A stretch of 64,000 nucleotides of DNA from a virus. Location: IMG/VR virus record IMGVR_UViG_3300036985_004568, positions 1-64,000 of that record. One strand, 5' to 3'. Positions within the stretch are counted from its first letter, which is position 1. Every line of letters begins with the position of its first letter. This document shows positions 36,288 to 46,848 of this stretch, one piece after another. The notes beneath the pieces were generated by a model that was not told the DNA's origin, ran no database searches, and saw only the letters and a list, made by a program, of their open reading frames with translations. Made by a program: the position numbers and the translations under genes.

Positions 36288-36622
36288 TGACTAGTCATGA
36301 ATTCGGTAAAAGACTACAGGATCAGGTGGCCGATATGTTTAAAGATATTTTTCCTAAGGCTAGATCCACCTCGGGTAGTGGTAATAGAGGGGAACATGGG
36401 GATGTGCAGCAGCCCTGGTTTATCATAGAATGCAAAGCTCGTTTTACTGACTCCATAACTATTAGTAGGAATGTGTGGAGAAAGTTAAACTCGGACATTC
36501 CAATTGGAAGTAAAAGACTACCGTTATACATTATAGAGAATAAGCATGGAGAGCAATTTGCAGTATTAAGTCTTGTGGACTTTATAGATATATTTAAAAG
36601 AAGTATTAAGGAGGAAAAATGA
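36287..36622 (+). CDS. Hjc-type PD-(D/E)xK Holliday junction resolvase
   Basis: GKRLQ..VA, SGSG, GDV, IECK. Confidence 0.75.
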   Translation: MTSHEFGKRLQDQVADMFKDIFPKARSTSGSGNRGEHGDVQQPWFIIECKARFTDSITISRNVWRKLNSDIPIGSKRLPLYIIENKHGEQFAVLSLVDFIDIFKRSIKEEK

Positions 36623-36788
36623 AATACTTAGTATTCTTTCAAGTTGAGAGTATGCGGAATACTCGGACTTATGTTGCTAGGGAATGTGACACAATTGGGG
36701 AAGCCCTTGAGCAACGAGAAGAGCTTATTAATCACGGTTGGCATGATGAGACAGTAATTTTCACGGAAATAAAAGAAGGGACAAAATA

Positions 36789-37775
36789 ATGTCTGAAGAT
36801 AAAAAAACAATAAAAGAAGTTATTAAAGAGTTAAATAAGAAATTTGGTAGGACGTCTATAAACTTTGCAGATACAGTTAAGGATAGAACACGTATCCCAT
36901 TTAAGCAGAAGTACTTAAATGATTTAACTGGCGGTGGAGTTCCTTGTGGCCAGTTCACAACTATATGGGGTGGTTCAAGTTGTGGAAAGTCCTCCACTAT
37001 ACTAGATTTAATAGCTGAGGCGCAGAAGAAGGGGTTAACTTGCGTATATTGTGACCTTGAGCACTCCTATGACCCAAAGTGGGCTGCCAAACATGGCGTG
37101 GATGCCAGTAAATTGATCTACGGTGACTTTGGTAGCGCCGAAGAGCCCATGGATGCACTAATTGCCTTCTGTAAGGCACAAGTGGCTGATTTGATCATCG
37201 TAGACTCAATTCAGGGCCTTTCTCCAAAGGGCGAGCAGGAAGAAAAGAGTGGCAAGGAAAAGTCTGTCCAGGATGATACAATGGCACTATTAGCTAGAAA
37301 GTTATCCCAGTTTTTTAGGATGGCTGCTGGTCTAGTAAGTCAGGCAAATACTGCAGTAGTATTAGTTGGGCAGACTAGAATGGACTTGGGTGGCTTTATT
37401 AAGCTTGAGACTCTGTCTGGTGGGCATGCACTGTTGCATTGGTCTAGTATTATCTTACATTTAAGACGCGGTCAAAAAGCAGATGCTCCAACCACTGAGA
37501 TTGTTAATGAAGAAGGAAAGAAGGAAAAAGTAATTATTGGATTTAACTGTGTTATTAAATTAAATAAATGTAAAGTATCTGGAGCAGTTGAAGGAAATGA
37601 AATGAGCCTTCCTTTTTATTTTGGATCTGGTTTAACAGATGGGGAAGCACCTGAAGTAATATCGGTGGAAGAAAAACCAACAGTAGAAGAGGTAATTGCG
37701 GAAGTTAATGCTGCAGACCCGTGTCCTGATGTTAAAGAAAAAAAGAAGCGGGGACGGAAGCCTAAAGTTAACTAA
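36789..37775 (+). CDS. recA: RecA recombinase (paralog 2, canonical)
   Basis: GGSSCGKS, DLEH, IIVDSI, ALLARKLSQ, GQTR, SGGHAL. Confidence 0.93.
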   Translation: MSEDKKTIKEVIKELNKKFGRTSINFADTVKDRTRIPFKQKYLNDLTGGGVPCGQFTTIWGGSSCGKSSTILDLIAEAQKKGLTCVYCDLEHSYDPKWAAKHGVDASKLIYGDFGSAEEPMDALIAFCKAQVADLIIVDSIQGLSPKGEQEEKSGKEKSVQDDTMALLARKLSQFFRMAAGLVSQANTAVVLVGQTRMDLGGFIKLETLSGGHALLHWSSIILHLRRGQKADAPTTEIVNEEGKKEKVIIGFNCVIKLNKCKVSGAVEGNEMSLPFYFGSGLTDGEAPEVISVEEKPTVEEVIAEVNAADPCPDVKEKKKRGRKPKVN

Positions 37776-37910
37776 ATATGAATACTCTTTATTGTAAATG
37801 TAGGCGCCCACTACACCAAGATTGGTGGCTAGTTATTATAGATGGGGTTCGCACTGAGATATGTGCAAGATGTATAGGCTTAATAAAACCAAAGGTAAAG
37901 AGGAGTAAGC

Positions 37911-38339
37911 ATGACAACAAAAGATGACATTAAGGCATTCTGTGACTCCAAGTTAGAGGGACTAAAGCCCTATTTTACTAAAATTGAGGAGATCTCAAAA
38001 CAGTTTTACACAGATGCTGACATAATGTCCTTTCCCCAATATGGGCCATTAGAGAACAGACTAGTTGGCATGTTTACTTTTATAAATACAGTATATAAAG
38101 AGCTTGATGCCCTTACGGATACCTATTCTGCAGTAAGGTTCAACCAACTTAAAGTAAAGGCTGAGATCGATAGTATTAAGTTTGTAGCGGATGTGGCTAA
38201 GCATGATGCACAAGAGTTTACCTCAGACCTAAGATTAACGCGGGCTATATTAGAGGGGTATGTACACAATATAGAGCAACTTTTAGCCACCTGCAGAAGG
38301 CACCTTTATGTAACAAAAAAAGAGCAGCACTATGGATAA
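37911..38339 (+). CDS. Helical protein, possibly a UvsY-like recombination mediator
   Basis: All-helical 142 aa ORF just downstream of recA; function is inference only. Confidence 0.35.
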   Translation: MTTKDDIKAFCDSKLEGLKPYFTKIEEISKQFYTDADIMSFPQYGPLENRLVGMFTFINTVYKELDALTDTYSAVRFNQLKVKAEIDSIKFVADVAKHDAQEFTSDLRLTRAILEGYVHNIEQLLATCRRHLYVTKKEQHYG

Positions 38340-38799
38340 ACATAATCTTCATGAGTTTGAAACAGTCCTTTTTCTAATGGAGCAGTTAGATGAAGTAATT
38401 ACTGCTTATAAGATGCAGCACGGTGTAGCTCCTGTTGCATATTCATACTTATATGAACTTTGTATTCTACGTTTACTGGAATTATTTAAGGGGAATCCCG
38501 AATTTATAAAGGGAGTTTCCGATGTTACAACCGCTACAGTATTGGCTCTTTTAAAACTTATTCAAAAACCAGTAGAAAAGGATAAGGAACTCACGGATAA
38601 ATTAAACAAATTTAAGGAGTTATTGGCAGGTACTAATATTGTTATACCCGACACAGTAAACAAATTTTTAAAGAAGTACCCACATAGTACTTGTTCTACT
38701 AATGAGAACATGGATAAAAATAAAAGTACATCCGATAAATTAATAGATGAGTATTTAAAAAAGAAGAAGTTAAATAATAAAAAGAAACGGAACAAATAA
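38332..38799 (+). CDS. Hypothetical protein
   Basis: Overlap-coupled ORF with basic tail. Confidence 0.6.
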   Translation: MDKHNLHEFETVLFLMEQLDEVITAYKMQHGVAPVAYSYLYELCILRLLELFKGNPEFIKGVSDVTTATVLALLKLIQKPVEKDKELTDKLNKFKELLAGTNIVIPDTVNKFLKKYPHSTCSTNENMDKNKSTSDKLIDEYLKKKKLNNKKKRNK

Positions 38800-39431
38800 T
38801 GCTTCCAAGGACTCTTCTACAAAATAAATTAAATGAGCTCCTTAGCCAGGACTCTTGGGGGCATAGGTGCTTATATTGTAGACTACCCCTAGGCCCATCT
38901 TCACTTACACTCCCAGGTTTTAATGTGAGTAAGCTACATGCGGATTGTGTAACTCCCTTCATGAATTACTGGGCATGCATGCTTCTAGGAGATTTACTTC
39001 CAGTGTCCACAAATCAGGTGCTGTTTAACAGTCAGATAGTATCGGATGGGCTACTCAGGAACAGTTCTATGGAGGAGGGCGTTTTAGATTTAATTATACA
39101 TAGAGTAGCCCATGAAGTGAGTGAAAAGTTACCATTTAATGCAAAGATAGATAAGAGTGAGATACAACACACCCGTAATCCAAGTTCTTTGACTTCAACT
39201 ATCTCTATACGCCTCCACTATCATGTTAACTGCATGTTCTGTGGAGGATCTTTAAGGGTAAGTCAACTGCCTTATAAACCCTGGGAGCAGAATGATTTAA
39301 TCTTTCCCGATCAGGGCACTAGGTTCGAGGAAGTACTACAGTCTGAAGATAAAAAATTTGCTTTTCATAAGTCCTGTCTAAATGATACATTACAGATGCT
39401 CACTACTTACCATGGAGGAATACATGAATAA
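38799..39431 (+). CDS. Hypothetical protein with two CxxC...HxxC zinc sites
   Basis: CLYC..HADC and CMFC..HKSC. Confidence 0.6.
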   Translation: MLPRTLLQNKLNELLSQDSWGHRCLYCRLPLGPSSLTLPGFNVSKLHADCVTPFMNYWACMLLGDLLPVSTNQVLFNSQIVSDGLLRNSSMEEGVLDLIIHRVAHEVSEKLPFNAKIDKSEIQHTRNPSSLTSTISIRLHYHVNCMFCGGSLRVSQLPYKPWEQNDLIFPDQGTRFEEVLQSEDKKFAFHKSCLNDTLQMLTTYHGGIHE

Positions 39432-40068
39432 AAAGGGAGTAGAGGTTGAAGCTGGTGTAGATTTAAGGGTGCGTTTAGATCCGGGTTGTCTATCCTGGGA
39501 CCTCTTTCTTTTTGGGGAAGTAGAGCATAGAAGAATTTCGGAACTTATTCAACATATGTTAGTTTTAGATGCTACAAATGATAAACGTTCAATTAATTTA
39601 ATTATTTGTTCACCGGGAGGATACTGTTCCGCAGGATATGCCCTAATAGATACAATGGCTGGCATGAGACATGTAGTTAGAACAATAGCCCTGGGGGAGA
39701 TTTGCTCTATGGGGTCTCTAATCTTTATAGCAGGTACTCCTGGCCAAAGATATATTGGAAGTAGGACCCAAGTTCTTTTTCATCCTATGAGTGAGGAAGT
39801 TGCAGATTATGGTTCTTTTATTAAAGACCGCGTAAAAAGCATTGATCATGCCCAAAAATTAGCAAAAGACCTAATGCGTTCAAGAACTGGTTTACCTAGT
39901 GATATGGTTGAGCTCTCCGAACGAGGAGAAATATGGTTAGATTCTGGAGAGGCCTTAAAATATAAGGTTGCGGATACTATTATTACTGATAATGAGGTAA
40001 TATCGGGGATGTACAAGGAATTACTTAAAGAACGTATAAAAGTTTCACCTAAAAAGGCAAAGAAATAA
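39424..40068 (+). CDS. clpP: ClpP-family protease subunit
   Basis: LFLFGEV, ICSPGG, CSMGS (catalytic Ser), RY..LFHP (His), WLDSGEALKYKVAD. Confidence 0.88.
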   Translation: MNKKGVEVEAGVDLRVRLDPGCLSWDLFLFGEVEHRRISELIQHMLVLDATNDKRSINLIICSPGGYCSAGYALIDTMAGMRHVVRTIALGEICSMGSLIFIAGTPGQRYIGSRTQVLFHPMSEEVADYGSFIKDRVKSIDHAQKLAKDLMRSRTGLPSDMVELSERGEIWLDSGEALKYKVADTIITDNEVISGMYKELLKERIKVSPKKAKK

Positions 40069-40985
40069 TGGTAAAGGTAATTTGTACAGCAGACTTGCAT
40101 ATTGCAGAAAGATTCGACCTAGAACAACAGAAACGTTTATTAGATGTGGTTATATTAGAGGCCAATAAACGCGATGAACTATGGATCTTAGGCGACCTAT
40201 TTCATACTAACCGTATATCTCCTTTAGAACTAATGTTGTTTATTGATTTTATAAAGCAGATTAAAGTGCCAATTATATTAATTGCCGGAAATCATGATAT
40301 GGCTGCAGAAAATTCTTTACTAGACTGGATGCCTAAAGTTTTACCAGTAACAGTTTCCAAAACCTCAATGAGGATTGAACGTGAGGGGGTCTCTGTATTA
40401 TTGGGACATTATAGTGTGGAAGAATCAGTACTTGGTGCATATGATATAAGGTTAAATTCTGGAATATCTGTAAATCAATTAGATGTGGACTTAGCATTGC
40501 TAGGACATATCCATCGCGGCCAGCATATTCAGGGCACAAAGACACAAGTCGTCCATCCGGGTTCATTATTTTATATTGATTTTAATGAACGCAATGATAC
40601 TAAGGCCTTAGTGGAAGTTACATTTGATCAGGGTAAATATATGATAGAACATATAGAGCTCAATCCAGATCCAATTGTACAATTAGATATTACCCCAGAT
40701 AGCGACTCTGATATTTTAAAAGACTATCCTTCTAATTGTAGAGTAAAATTAATTGTACATTACTCAGACCCTAGTCTTAATAAAAAAGAAGTATATAAAA
40801 GATTTGCTAAATTTCTATTTAAAGACCTAAAAGTAGTATTCCTTTATGAGAATAAAAATTTACTTGGAGTAAGTTTACAAGAAGATCATAAAGAAGAAGC
40901 AGGATTACTTAGATTAGACAGGTATCTTACGGAACATACTACTAGTGAGATTAAAGAACTGATATTAATGTTATTAAAGGAGTAA
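40068..40985 (+). CDS. sbcD: SbcD/Mre11-like nuclease
   Basis: ADLH, GDLF, GNHD, GHIH, PGS..DFNE. Confidence 0.88.
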   Translation: MVKVICTADLHIAERFDLEQQKRLLDVVILEANKRDELWILGDLFHTNRISPLELMLFIDFIKQIKVPIILIAGNHDMAAENSLLDWMPKVLPVTVSKTSMRIEREGVSVLLGHYSVEESVLGAYDIRLNSGISVNQLDVDLALLGHIHRGQHIQGTKTQVVHPGSLFYIDFNERNDTKALVEVTFDQGKYMIEHIELNPDPIVQLDITPDSDSDILKDYPSNCRVKLIVHYSDPSLNKKEVYKRFAKFLFKDLKVVFLYENKNLLGVSLQEDHKEEAGLLRLDRYLTEHTTSEIKELILMLLKE

Positions 40986-40987
40986 TA

Positions 40988-41233
40988 TTGTCTTATCCAA
41001 ATAAACAAAATAGAAGTATAGTTATAGGAAGTAAATATGGCAACTATACTGTTATTAGAAAAACTAAACGATATAAATTAGGCCATTATAAAACAGGGCA
41101 AATTCGTAATTTTATATGTTCTAAATGTAACTGGGGGTTGGGATGTTTCAATGATTCCCCACTTTATCTTACACGTGCCATTAAATATTTAAAGGAGTAC
41201 AATGGGAATTCTTCTGGCCTTAGATCAAAGTAG
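40988..41233 (+). pseudogene. Degenerate endonuclease VII-type homing endonuclease remnant
   Basis: HYKTGQIRNFICSKCNWGLGCFNDSP..RAIKYL matches the EndoVII C-terminal half; the first CxxC and the DH motif are missing. Confidence 0.6.
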
Positions 41234-41765
41234 CACTGCAACTGGGTATTGTGTTATGCGTAATGGTAAAATATCAGAAGTAGGTTGTATTAATGTAAGG
41301 GCGTCTTTAGACCTTTTTGAACGTACTGTAGAAATGAGTAAGGACATTCGGGAATTATTGAATAAGTTTAAGCCAGATTATCTTTGTCTTGAGGAGATAT
41401 ATGGTCTGCCGGGGCGTTATACGGCCCTTAAAGCACTCGCTATAGTACGTGGCGCCCTTATTTTAGTATGGTATGAATATAAACATGAGGCACCTATTGT
41501 TATTAATTGCTCCTCAGCTAGATGTAAAATAGGAATAAAGGGCAATGCTAAGAAACCGGAGGTTATGGCTGCCGTTAATGCTAAGTTTAATCTTAAGATT
41601 GAAAATGAACATGAGGCTGATGCAGTAGTATTGGGAGTAGTAGGTAATGATATGCTTCCAGCTAAAGAGCCTGAAATAGAAGTGACCAATACTGCGGTTA
41701 AAGTTAGAAGTAAGGGAACTAAAGTGGGAAAACTTAGTAAAGGTGGAAAGAAGGGGAAGAAGTAA
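41202..41765 (+). CDS. ruvC: RuvC Holliday junction resolvase
   Basis: LALDQSSTATG, CLEE, GNAKK, HEADA. Confidence 0.88.
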   Translation: MGILLALDQSSTATGYCVMRNGKISEVGCINVRASLDLFERTVEMSKDIRELLNKFKPDYLCLEEIYGLPGRYTALKALAIVRGALILVWYEYKHEAPIVINCSSARCKIGIKGNAKKPEVMAAVNAKFNLKIENEHEADAVVLGVVGNDMLPAKEPEIEVTNTAVKVRSKGTKVGKLSKGGKKGKK

Positions 41766-43273
41766 TGAAATTTAAGTCCTTACATTTAGAAAACTTTCAA
41801 AGTTATGACAAGGCAGATATCCTCTTTACTGATTTTAAAATAACTTTTGTAACAGGTTATAATCAGGATACTGGTAGTAGTAATGGTGCCGGTAAAAGTG
41901 GTATTAAAGAGGCCCTTTTCTACTTATTATTTGGTAGATCTAAAGTTAAAGGTCCAGATTTAATTAGAAGGGGGCAAAAGTCACTAAAAATATCTGGTAG
42001 TATTGAGCACAATTCCTATACATTAAATATTAGTAGAACACGAAAAGCGCAAACTGCAACTCTAGAATTAGAAGTCAACGGAGTACCAAGTGTAGGAACT
42101 GCTTCTGAATTGCAAACTAAAATAGAAGAATTACTTGGTATTAATATTGAATCTTTTACTACTTATTCAGTTATTGACAAAGTAAGACAGACAGATTTAA
42201 CCCAATTATCTTCAACAGATTTACGTTTAGTACTACAAGACCTATTGGGATTGGATAGATTACAAGGAGTATTGGTCTCCTTAAACTCTCATAAAAATGA
42301 TTTAGAGAAGTATTTATTACGTGCCCATACTCGCTTTTACCCATCTCAAAAACGCCTAGATATACTACATGTTGTTCATGCTGAGTTAAAGAAACGTTGT
42401 GATGAGTATGGTGCACAAGTAGTTGAGTTATCTAGCAAGAAAAGTACACTAGAGTATGAGATTAGATCAATCAAGAACTTGAGGGAAGGTCTGTTAATGC
42501 AAAAGGAAGATTTATTAAAAAATTCTTCCTGTCCTACTTGTGGGGCCTCTATAATTTTAAGTAAACGAATGGAAGACCTTAATAAATGTGAAGAAGCAGT
42601 ACTTAAATTCAATCAACAAATTGATACCAATACAAAAGAAGCGATGAGGATTGGTGGAGATATTGCAGGAGCCATGCACCTCAACAACTCCCTTGGGAAT
42701 AAGGTAGCCAAGTGTATTACTCGTATTGCACAATTATCGGACAGCATGAAGGAACAACAAGACATCAATGTAATAAAGGTAGAGCAGGAGACTTACTCTT
42801 CTGCTCTAATAACTCTGCAAAATTATATTACGTCTGTTTTGGTAGATGTAGCATTAAAGATCGAAGACCAAATGAACCTGGAGTTATCAAGATTTAGTGA
42901 TTTATTTTGTAAAATTAACCTATCTAAGACTACGCATGATGGCTTGATTGTACCCAATTGCTCTATTGTATTATTTAGAGACCAGTATGAATATACTTTT
43001 GATATGTTATCTTCTGGGGAACAGGCCCTAGTATCCCTTATATTTAAGTTAGTAATAAGTAATCTTAGGGGTAATATTTCAATGTTATTTGTTGATGAGG
43101 GACTTGATGCCTTAGATGAGGTTAATAGAGAAAGGATATTATCCCTATTAGAAGTAAGTCCCTATACACAAATATTCATTATTTCCCACCGAGAAGACTC
43201 AGCCCACATAAAAGCTGGCCAAAAGATCCTATTAAGAAAGACTGATGGCATCACACAGATAATCTCAATTTAG
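41765..43273 (+). CDS. sbcC: SbcC/Rad50-like ATPase
   Basis: ENFQSY, SNGAGKS, CPTC zinc hook, LSSGE, FVDE, IISH. Confidence 0.92.
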   Translation: MKFKSLHLENFQSYDKADILFTDFKITFVTGYNQDTGSSNGAGKSGIKEALFYLLFGRSKVKGPDLIRRGQKSLKISGSIEHNSYTLNISRTRKAQTATLELEVNGVPSVGTASELQTKIEELLGINIESFTTYSVIDKVRQTDLTQLSSTDLRLVLQDLLGLDRLQGVLVSLNSHKNDLEKYLLRAHTRFYPSQKRLDILHVVHAELKKRCDEYGAQVVELSSKKSTLEYEIRSIKNLREGLLMQKEDLLKNSSCPTCGASIILSKRMEDLNKCEEAVLKFNQQIDTNTKEAMRIGGDIAGAMHLNNSLGNKVAKCITRIAQLSDSMKEQQDINVIKVEQETYSSALITLQNYITSVLVDVALKIEDQMNLELSRFSDLFCKINLSKTTHDGLIVPNCSIVLFRDQYEYTFDMLSSGEQALVSLIFKLVISNLRGNISMLFVDEGLDALDEVNRERILSLLEVSPYTQIFIISHREDSAHIKAGQKILLRKTDGITQIISI

Positions 43274-43284
43274 TATATAATATA
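43273..43284 (+). promoter_or_regulatory. Promoter, class 3 variant
   Basis: GTATATAATATA at a gene boundary before ATG 43294. Confidence 0.6.
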
Positions 43285-43899
43285 AGGTGAGAGATGCTAT
43301 ACGAATACCATAGTGAGTCTATATATTGTGAAGTATGCAAAAAATGGTACAATATTTATAGAGAGGTATATCAGCTAGAGGGGTGGGGTGCACCAGGACC
43401 CCTTCTCTGCTTAGAAGGAGACCATATAGTTGGATATACCTGGGAACTACCAGAAATATTTTTACCTGGGTACAAACCACAAAAGTATACAGCGGAGTAG
43501 GAGGAAGCATGTTAGTCAAGGTATTACTGCAATATACGGCAACTCTTTCTTTTGTAGGGCTAACTATTGTAGGACTAGTAGAGAAGGACTGGAACTTTGG
43601 GGTCGGGGTCAACCTGGGATTAGTAATATTATATATATTTCTTTACTTTACCCCAATTAAATGATATTTATACTAGAACTTATATTAGCAGTTACTGGTA
43701 TGTTCCTCCTCTTACTAACTATGGTATTATTAAATCTAATTGCTGTAATAGGTTATTCCTACTTAATTGACCCTAAAGAAGATGGGGACGAGTTATATTC
43801 CCTATTGGGTAAATTATCTAGGCAGGTTCAAGTGATAACGTTATTCCTATTTATACCGATTGGACTAATTATTTTAATAAAACAACGTAGATTGGAAAA

Positions 43900-44337
43900 A
43901 TGGAAAACATATTTAGAGAGATTATAAACCTACGTGGGGAAGATGCAATGGATATCATAAAATACGCCATGTATAGAAGATATTCGGCTATTAGAGTTGC
44001 ATTTAGGGAAGTCAAGTGGTTTATTCAGCGGGGTAAGCGTGGATACGCAGACTGTGATACCTGGGATTTTGATACATACTTATCAAAAATAATTTGTGGG
44101 GGTTGCAAAAGACTCAAAGAAGGGGATTCCTCTTTACCCTTTTCCCTATCTATTAAATATTCAAATTATGCTGATGCAGAAAAGAAATGGCGTGAAATAT
44201 TAACTAAAATAATTAGAGCGTTTAGTCTAAAGAGGCTGTGGATGGACGAATGCAGGTTCCCAACTAAGTCAGAACTTAAAGAAATAGAGGTTGGGTGGAG
44301 GCTGTTTAAGAAGTACTATGGTGATCTTTGGGACTAG
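43900..44337 (+). CDS. Phage hypothetical protein
   Basis: FIQRGKRGYADCDTWDFDTYL...KYYGDLWD, a pattern I recall in other phage ORFs. Confidence 0.65.
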   Translation: MENIFREIINLRGEDAMDIIKYAMYRRYSAIRVAFREVKWFIQRGKRGYADCDTWDFDTYLSKIICGGCKRLKEGDSSLPFSLSIKYSNYADAEKKWREILTKIIRAFSLKRLWMDECRFPTKSELKEIEVGWRLFKKYYGDLWD

Positions 44338-44350
44338 ATAGCTCCAGTTT

Positions 44351-44365
44351 GGTATATAATATATA
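44351..44365 (+). promoter_or_regulatory. Promoter, class 3 motif
   Basis: GGTATATAATATATA then GTAGGAGG; heads the gene run containing deoC. Confidence 0.8.
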
Positions 44366-44378
44366 GTAGGAGGGCTCA

Positions 44379-44723
44379 ATGAGGCTAGAACTGATTAAAG
44401 CAGATACTGTATACGAGGGGATGTCCATCTCAGAAGACGCTTGTAAATCTGTAGTAGATAGTTTTAAGGGTCCAGTATCCATAACATTTGCCACCACTAA
44501 GCTCATTATGGGTAAAATAGTCTCAGTTGAGTATGATCCTATTACTAAGGCCATTTATGGTGAAGTAGAGTTAGATATAGTGGTAATGGCAGGTGTGGAT
44601 GGAACGAAGTCTATAGATACCCCTATGGGTAAGCGCATAATAGACGGAATACTAACTTCAGGAATTTTAGTACCTAAATCTTTGATGCCCGGAGGAAAAA
44701 ATGCCCACAAAATGGACAAGTAA
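44379..44723 (+). CDS. Hypothetical protein
   Basis: AGGAGG RBS; beta-rich. Confidence 0.6.
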   Translation: MRLELIKADTVYEGMSISEDACKSVVDSFKGPVSITFATTKLIMGKIVSVEYDPITKAIYGEVELDIVVMAGVDGTKSIDTPMGKRIIDGILTSGILVPKSLMPGGKNAHKMDK

Positions 44724-45774
44724 AGAAACCCAAATATTAAAGAAATTATTAGAAGACGGAAAGACTCTTCGTGAATGTGCCAATGTTATAAGTAGGCCCT
44801 ATAGTAGTGTTGAACACAAAAGTAGGGAACTACAATTTACCAAACCTGCCGTTCAATTAACAGGGACGATGAAGGACAAGGGCCTTTCTATTAAAATAAT
44901 TCAGACTTTAAAAGATAATTTACGAGGAGTTACCCCATATGTTGCAGCAACTCCTGCATATACTAAAGGGGATACTTTAGTAATACAACTTTCGGATCTC
45001 CATGCTGGTAAGATCGTTAAGGAACAAGATGGTTCTATTAAGTATGACGAGCATGTATTTAGAGTAAGGATTAATTGTCTATTTACACAGATACTTAAAC
45101 TATTGGATAATAATATCACCAAAAGTGTTAAGATCACAAATGTTGTTATATTATCTACTGGGGACCAAGCTAATGGTGAGGGCATCTATGCTACACAGGC
45201 TTATGAACAGGAAATGGCTCCACCCCACCAGGTTATGTTGGTTGTTGAAGTTATTCAGAAATTAATAGTATCTTTACTAGCTAGAAAATTAAATGTTAGT
45301 TTTTACGGAGTTAAAGGTAATCACGGTAGAACTGGTAAAGATATGGATACAACCTCAAACTGGGATTTAATGATATATATGATCCTAGATTTTTGGTCAA
45401 AACAAGTATTAAAGAACCCAAATCTTACAATTAAGTATGCTGAAACAGACTACATGACCTTAGCAATTAGAGGCCATAGGTATCTTATAAGGCACGTTGC
45501 CCCTGAACAGTCAGATAGCCCTTCAGGAAGAGTTAAATTTAATGAGTGGGCTAGAATGCACGGAGTTGAGGCAATAGTATATGGCCATTTCCACCATTTT
45601 GGTCTAAATGATTGTGATGGAGTACGTATTTTTAGGGGGGGATGTGTCCCTGGAGGAGATGCCCTATCAGAACAGATGGCTAAAAGCTCAAATCCTATTC
45701 AGTTGATTTGGGGAGTAAATGAAGCAAGGGTAAGTACATTTTTCTATGCAGTTGACTTGGGAGGGGAAAAATAA
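44701..45774 (+). CDS. HTH plus calcineurin-like metallophosphoesterase
   Basis: WTSKE...HTH; SDLH, GD, GNHG, RH, GHFH. Confidence 0.85.
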   Translation: MPTKWTSKETQILKKLLEDGKTLRECANVISRPYSSVEHKSRELQFTKPAVQLTGTMKDKGLSIKIIQTLKDNLRGVTPYVAATPAYTKGDTLVIQLSDLHAGKIVKEQDGSIKYDEHVFRVRINCLFTQILKLLDNNITKSVKITNVVILSTGDQANGEGIYATQAYEQEMAPPHQVMLVVEVIQKLIVSLLARKLNVSFYGVKGNHGRTGKDMDTTSNWDLMIYMILDFWSKQVLKNPNLTIKYAETDYMTLAIRGHRYLIRHVAPEQSDSPSGRVKFNEWARMHGVEAIVYGHFHHFGLNDCDGVRIFRGGCVPGGDALSEQMAKSSNPIQLIWGVNEARVSTFFYAVDLGGEK

Positions 45775-45775
45775 C

Positions 45776-46465
45776 ATGAATAAACTAGAATTGGCTAAAG
45801 TTATTGACCATACAAATCTTAAACCTGAATTAAATCGTAAGGGGATTATAGCCTTACTTAACGAAGCTAAAGAGTATAACTTTATTGCCGTATGTATTCC
45901 GGCAAGTTGGGTATATTTTGCTAAACAACGATTGGCGGGAACTGGGATCCAAGTAGCCACTGTACCCAACTGGGAATCTGGTGGTGGACTATTGAGATTA
46001 AAAGGAGAGTCTGCTTTTGAAGAAGCTGATGCAATTGACTATATTCTTGATATTCATAGGTTTGTTGTTGGTAAGGACTGGCCTAAAACAGCTATGGAAC
46101 TAGAGCAGATAAGGTTAAAGACCCGTGGAGAACTAAAAATAATTATTGAAACCACCGTTATTAGGGCCGTAGCAGAGGAAAAGAAAGAAAGTTATGAGCT
46201 ACTCCTTAAGAAAGCTTGTAAATTAGTACAAGAATCTGGAGCGAACTGGATAAAGACAGATAGTGGCTTATTTATGAGAGATCCAAAGACTGGAATGCAG
46301 GATTTACTCAATGATGTTAAATTAATGAGGCAGTTCTGCACTCTTCCAGTTAAAGCTGCAGGTGGGATAAAGACTAAGGAAGAAGTTGAAAAGTTAGTTG
46401 AATTAGGGGCTACTAGGATTGGAACATCTAGAGGAGTTTCTATAATTCAAAGTGCAAAGGAGTAA
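45776..46465 (+). CDS. deoC: Deoxyribose-phosphate aldolase
   Basis: IDHTNLKP, AVCI, LKIIIET, WIKTDSG (Schiff-base Lys), VKAAGGIKT, RIGTS. Confidence 0.93.
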   Translation: MNKLELAKVIDHTNLKPELNRKGIIALLNEAKEYNFIAVCIPASWVYFAKQRLAGTGIQVATVPNWESGGGLLRLKGESAFEEADAIDYILDIHRFVVGKDWPKTAMELEQIRLKTRGELKIIIETTVIRAVAEEKKESYELLLKKACKLVQESGANWIKTDSGLFMRDPKTGMQDLLNDVKLMRQFCTLPVKAAGGIKTKEEVEKLVELGATRIGTSRGVSIIQSAKE

Positions 46466-46467
46466 AC

Positions 46468-46839
46468 TTGAATAGACTTATGTTGCAAGAGATTTTTGGA
46501 TTTGCCTTAATCCTAACTGGAATTTTAGATGCCATAAAGTACGTAATACAGGCATCTAAGATACGCAAGGAGAAGTCAGCAGAAGCAATGTCCCGGAGAT
46601 TTGTAAATTATGCCATACTCAATGATATAGTAAAATTAGGCTATGGACTGGTTATTAGAGACCTATTCATTATATCCACCTCAGTCCTAGCTTTAGTATG
46701 TATGCTGTACTTATTTTGGACAGTGTACATTTTTTATAGTTATGAGACCTACCCTAGGAGAGTGTACATAAAGCGCCCTAGTTTATGGAAATACACTATT
46801 AATTCAATAGTGCCAAACAATAAAAGAAAACATCTTTAG
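46468..46839 (+). CDS. SemiSWEET/PQ-loop family transporter
   Basis: Three transmembrane helices; IQASKIRKEKSAEAMS resembles PQxxKxxKxKSAxxxS; YG in TM2. Confidence 0.7.
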   Translation: MNRLMLQEIFGFALILTGILDAIKYVIQASKIRKEKSAEAMSRRFVNYAILNDIVKLGYGLVIRDLFIISTSVLALVCMLYLFWTVYIFYSYETYPRRVYIKRPSLWKYTINSIVPNNKRKHL

Positions 46840-46848
46840 GAGTTAAAT

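Noticed and set aside
44379-44723. Faint resemblance to a prohead protease fold
   Set aside because: The ORF contains no candidate catalytic His apart from one at the extreme C-terminus, and it is outside the head module.
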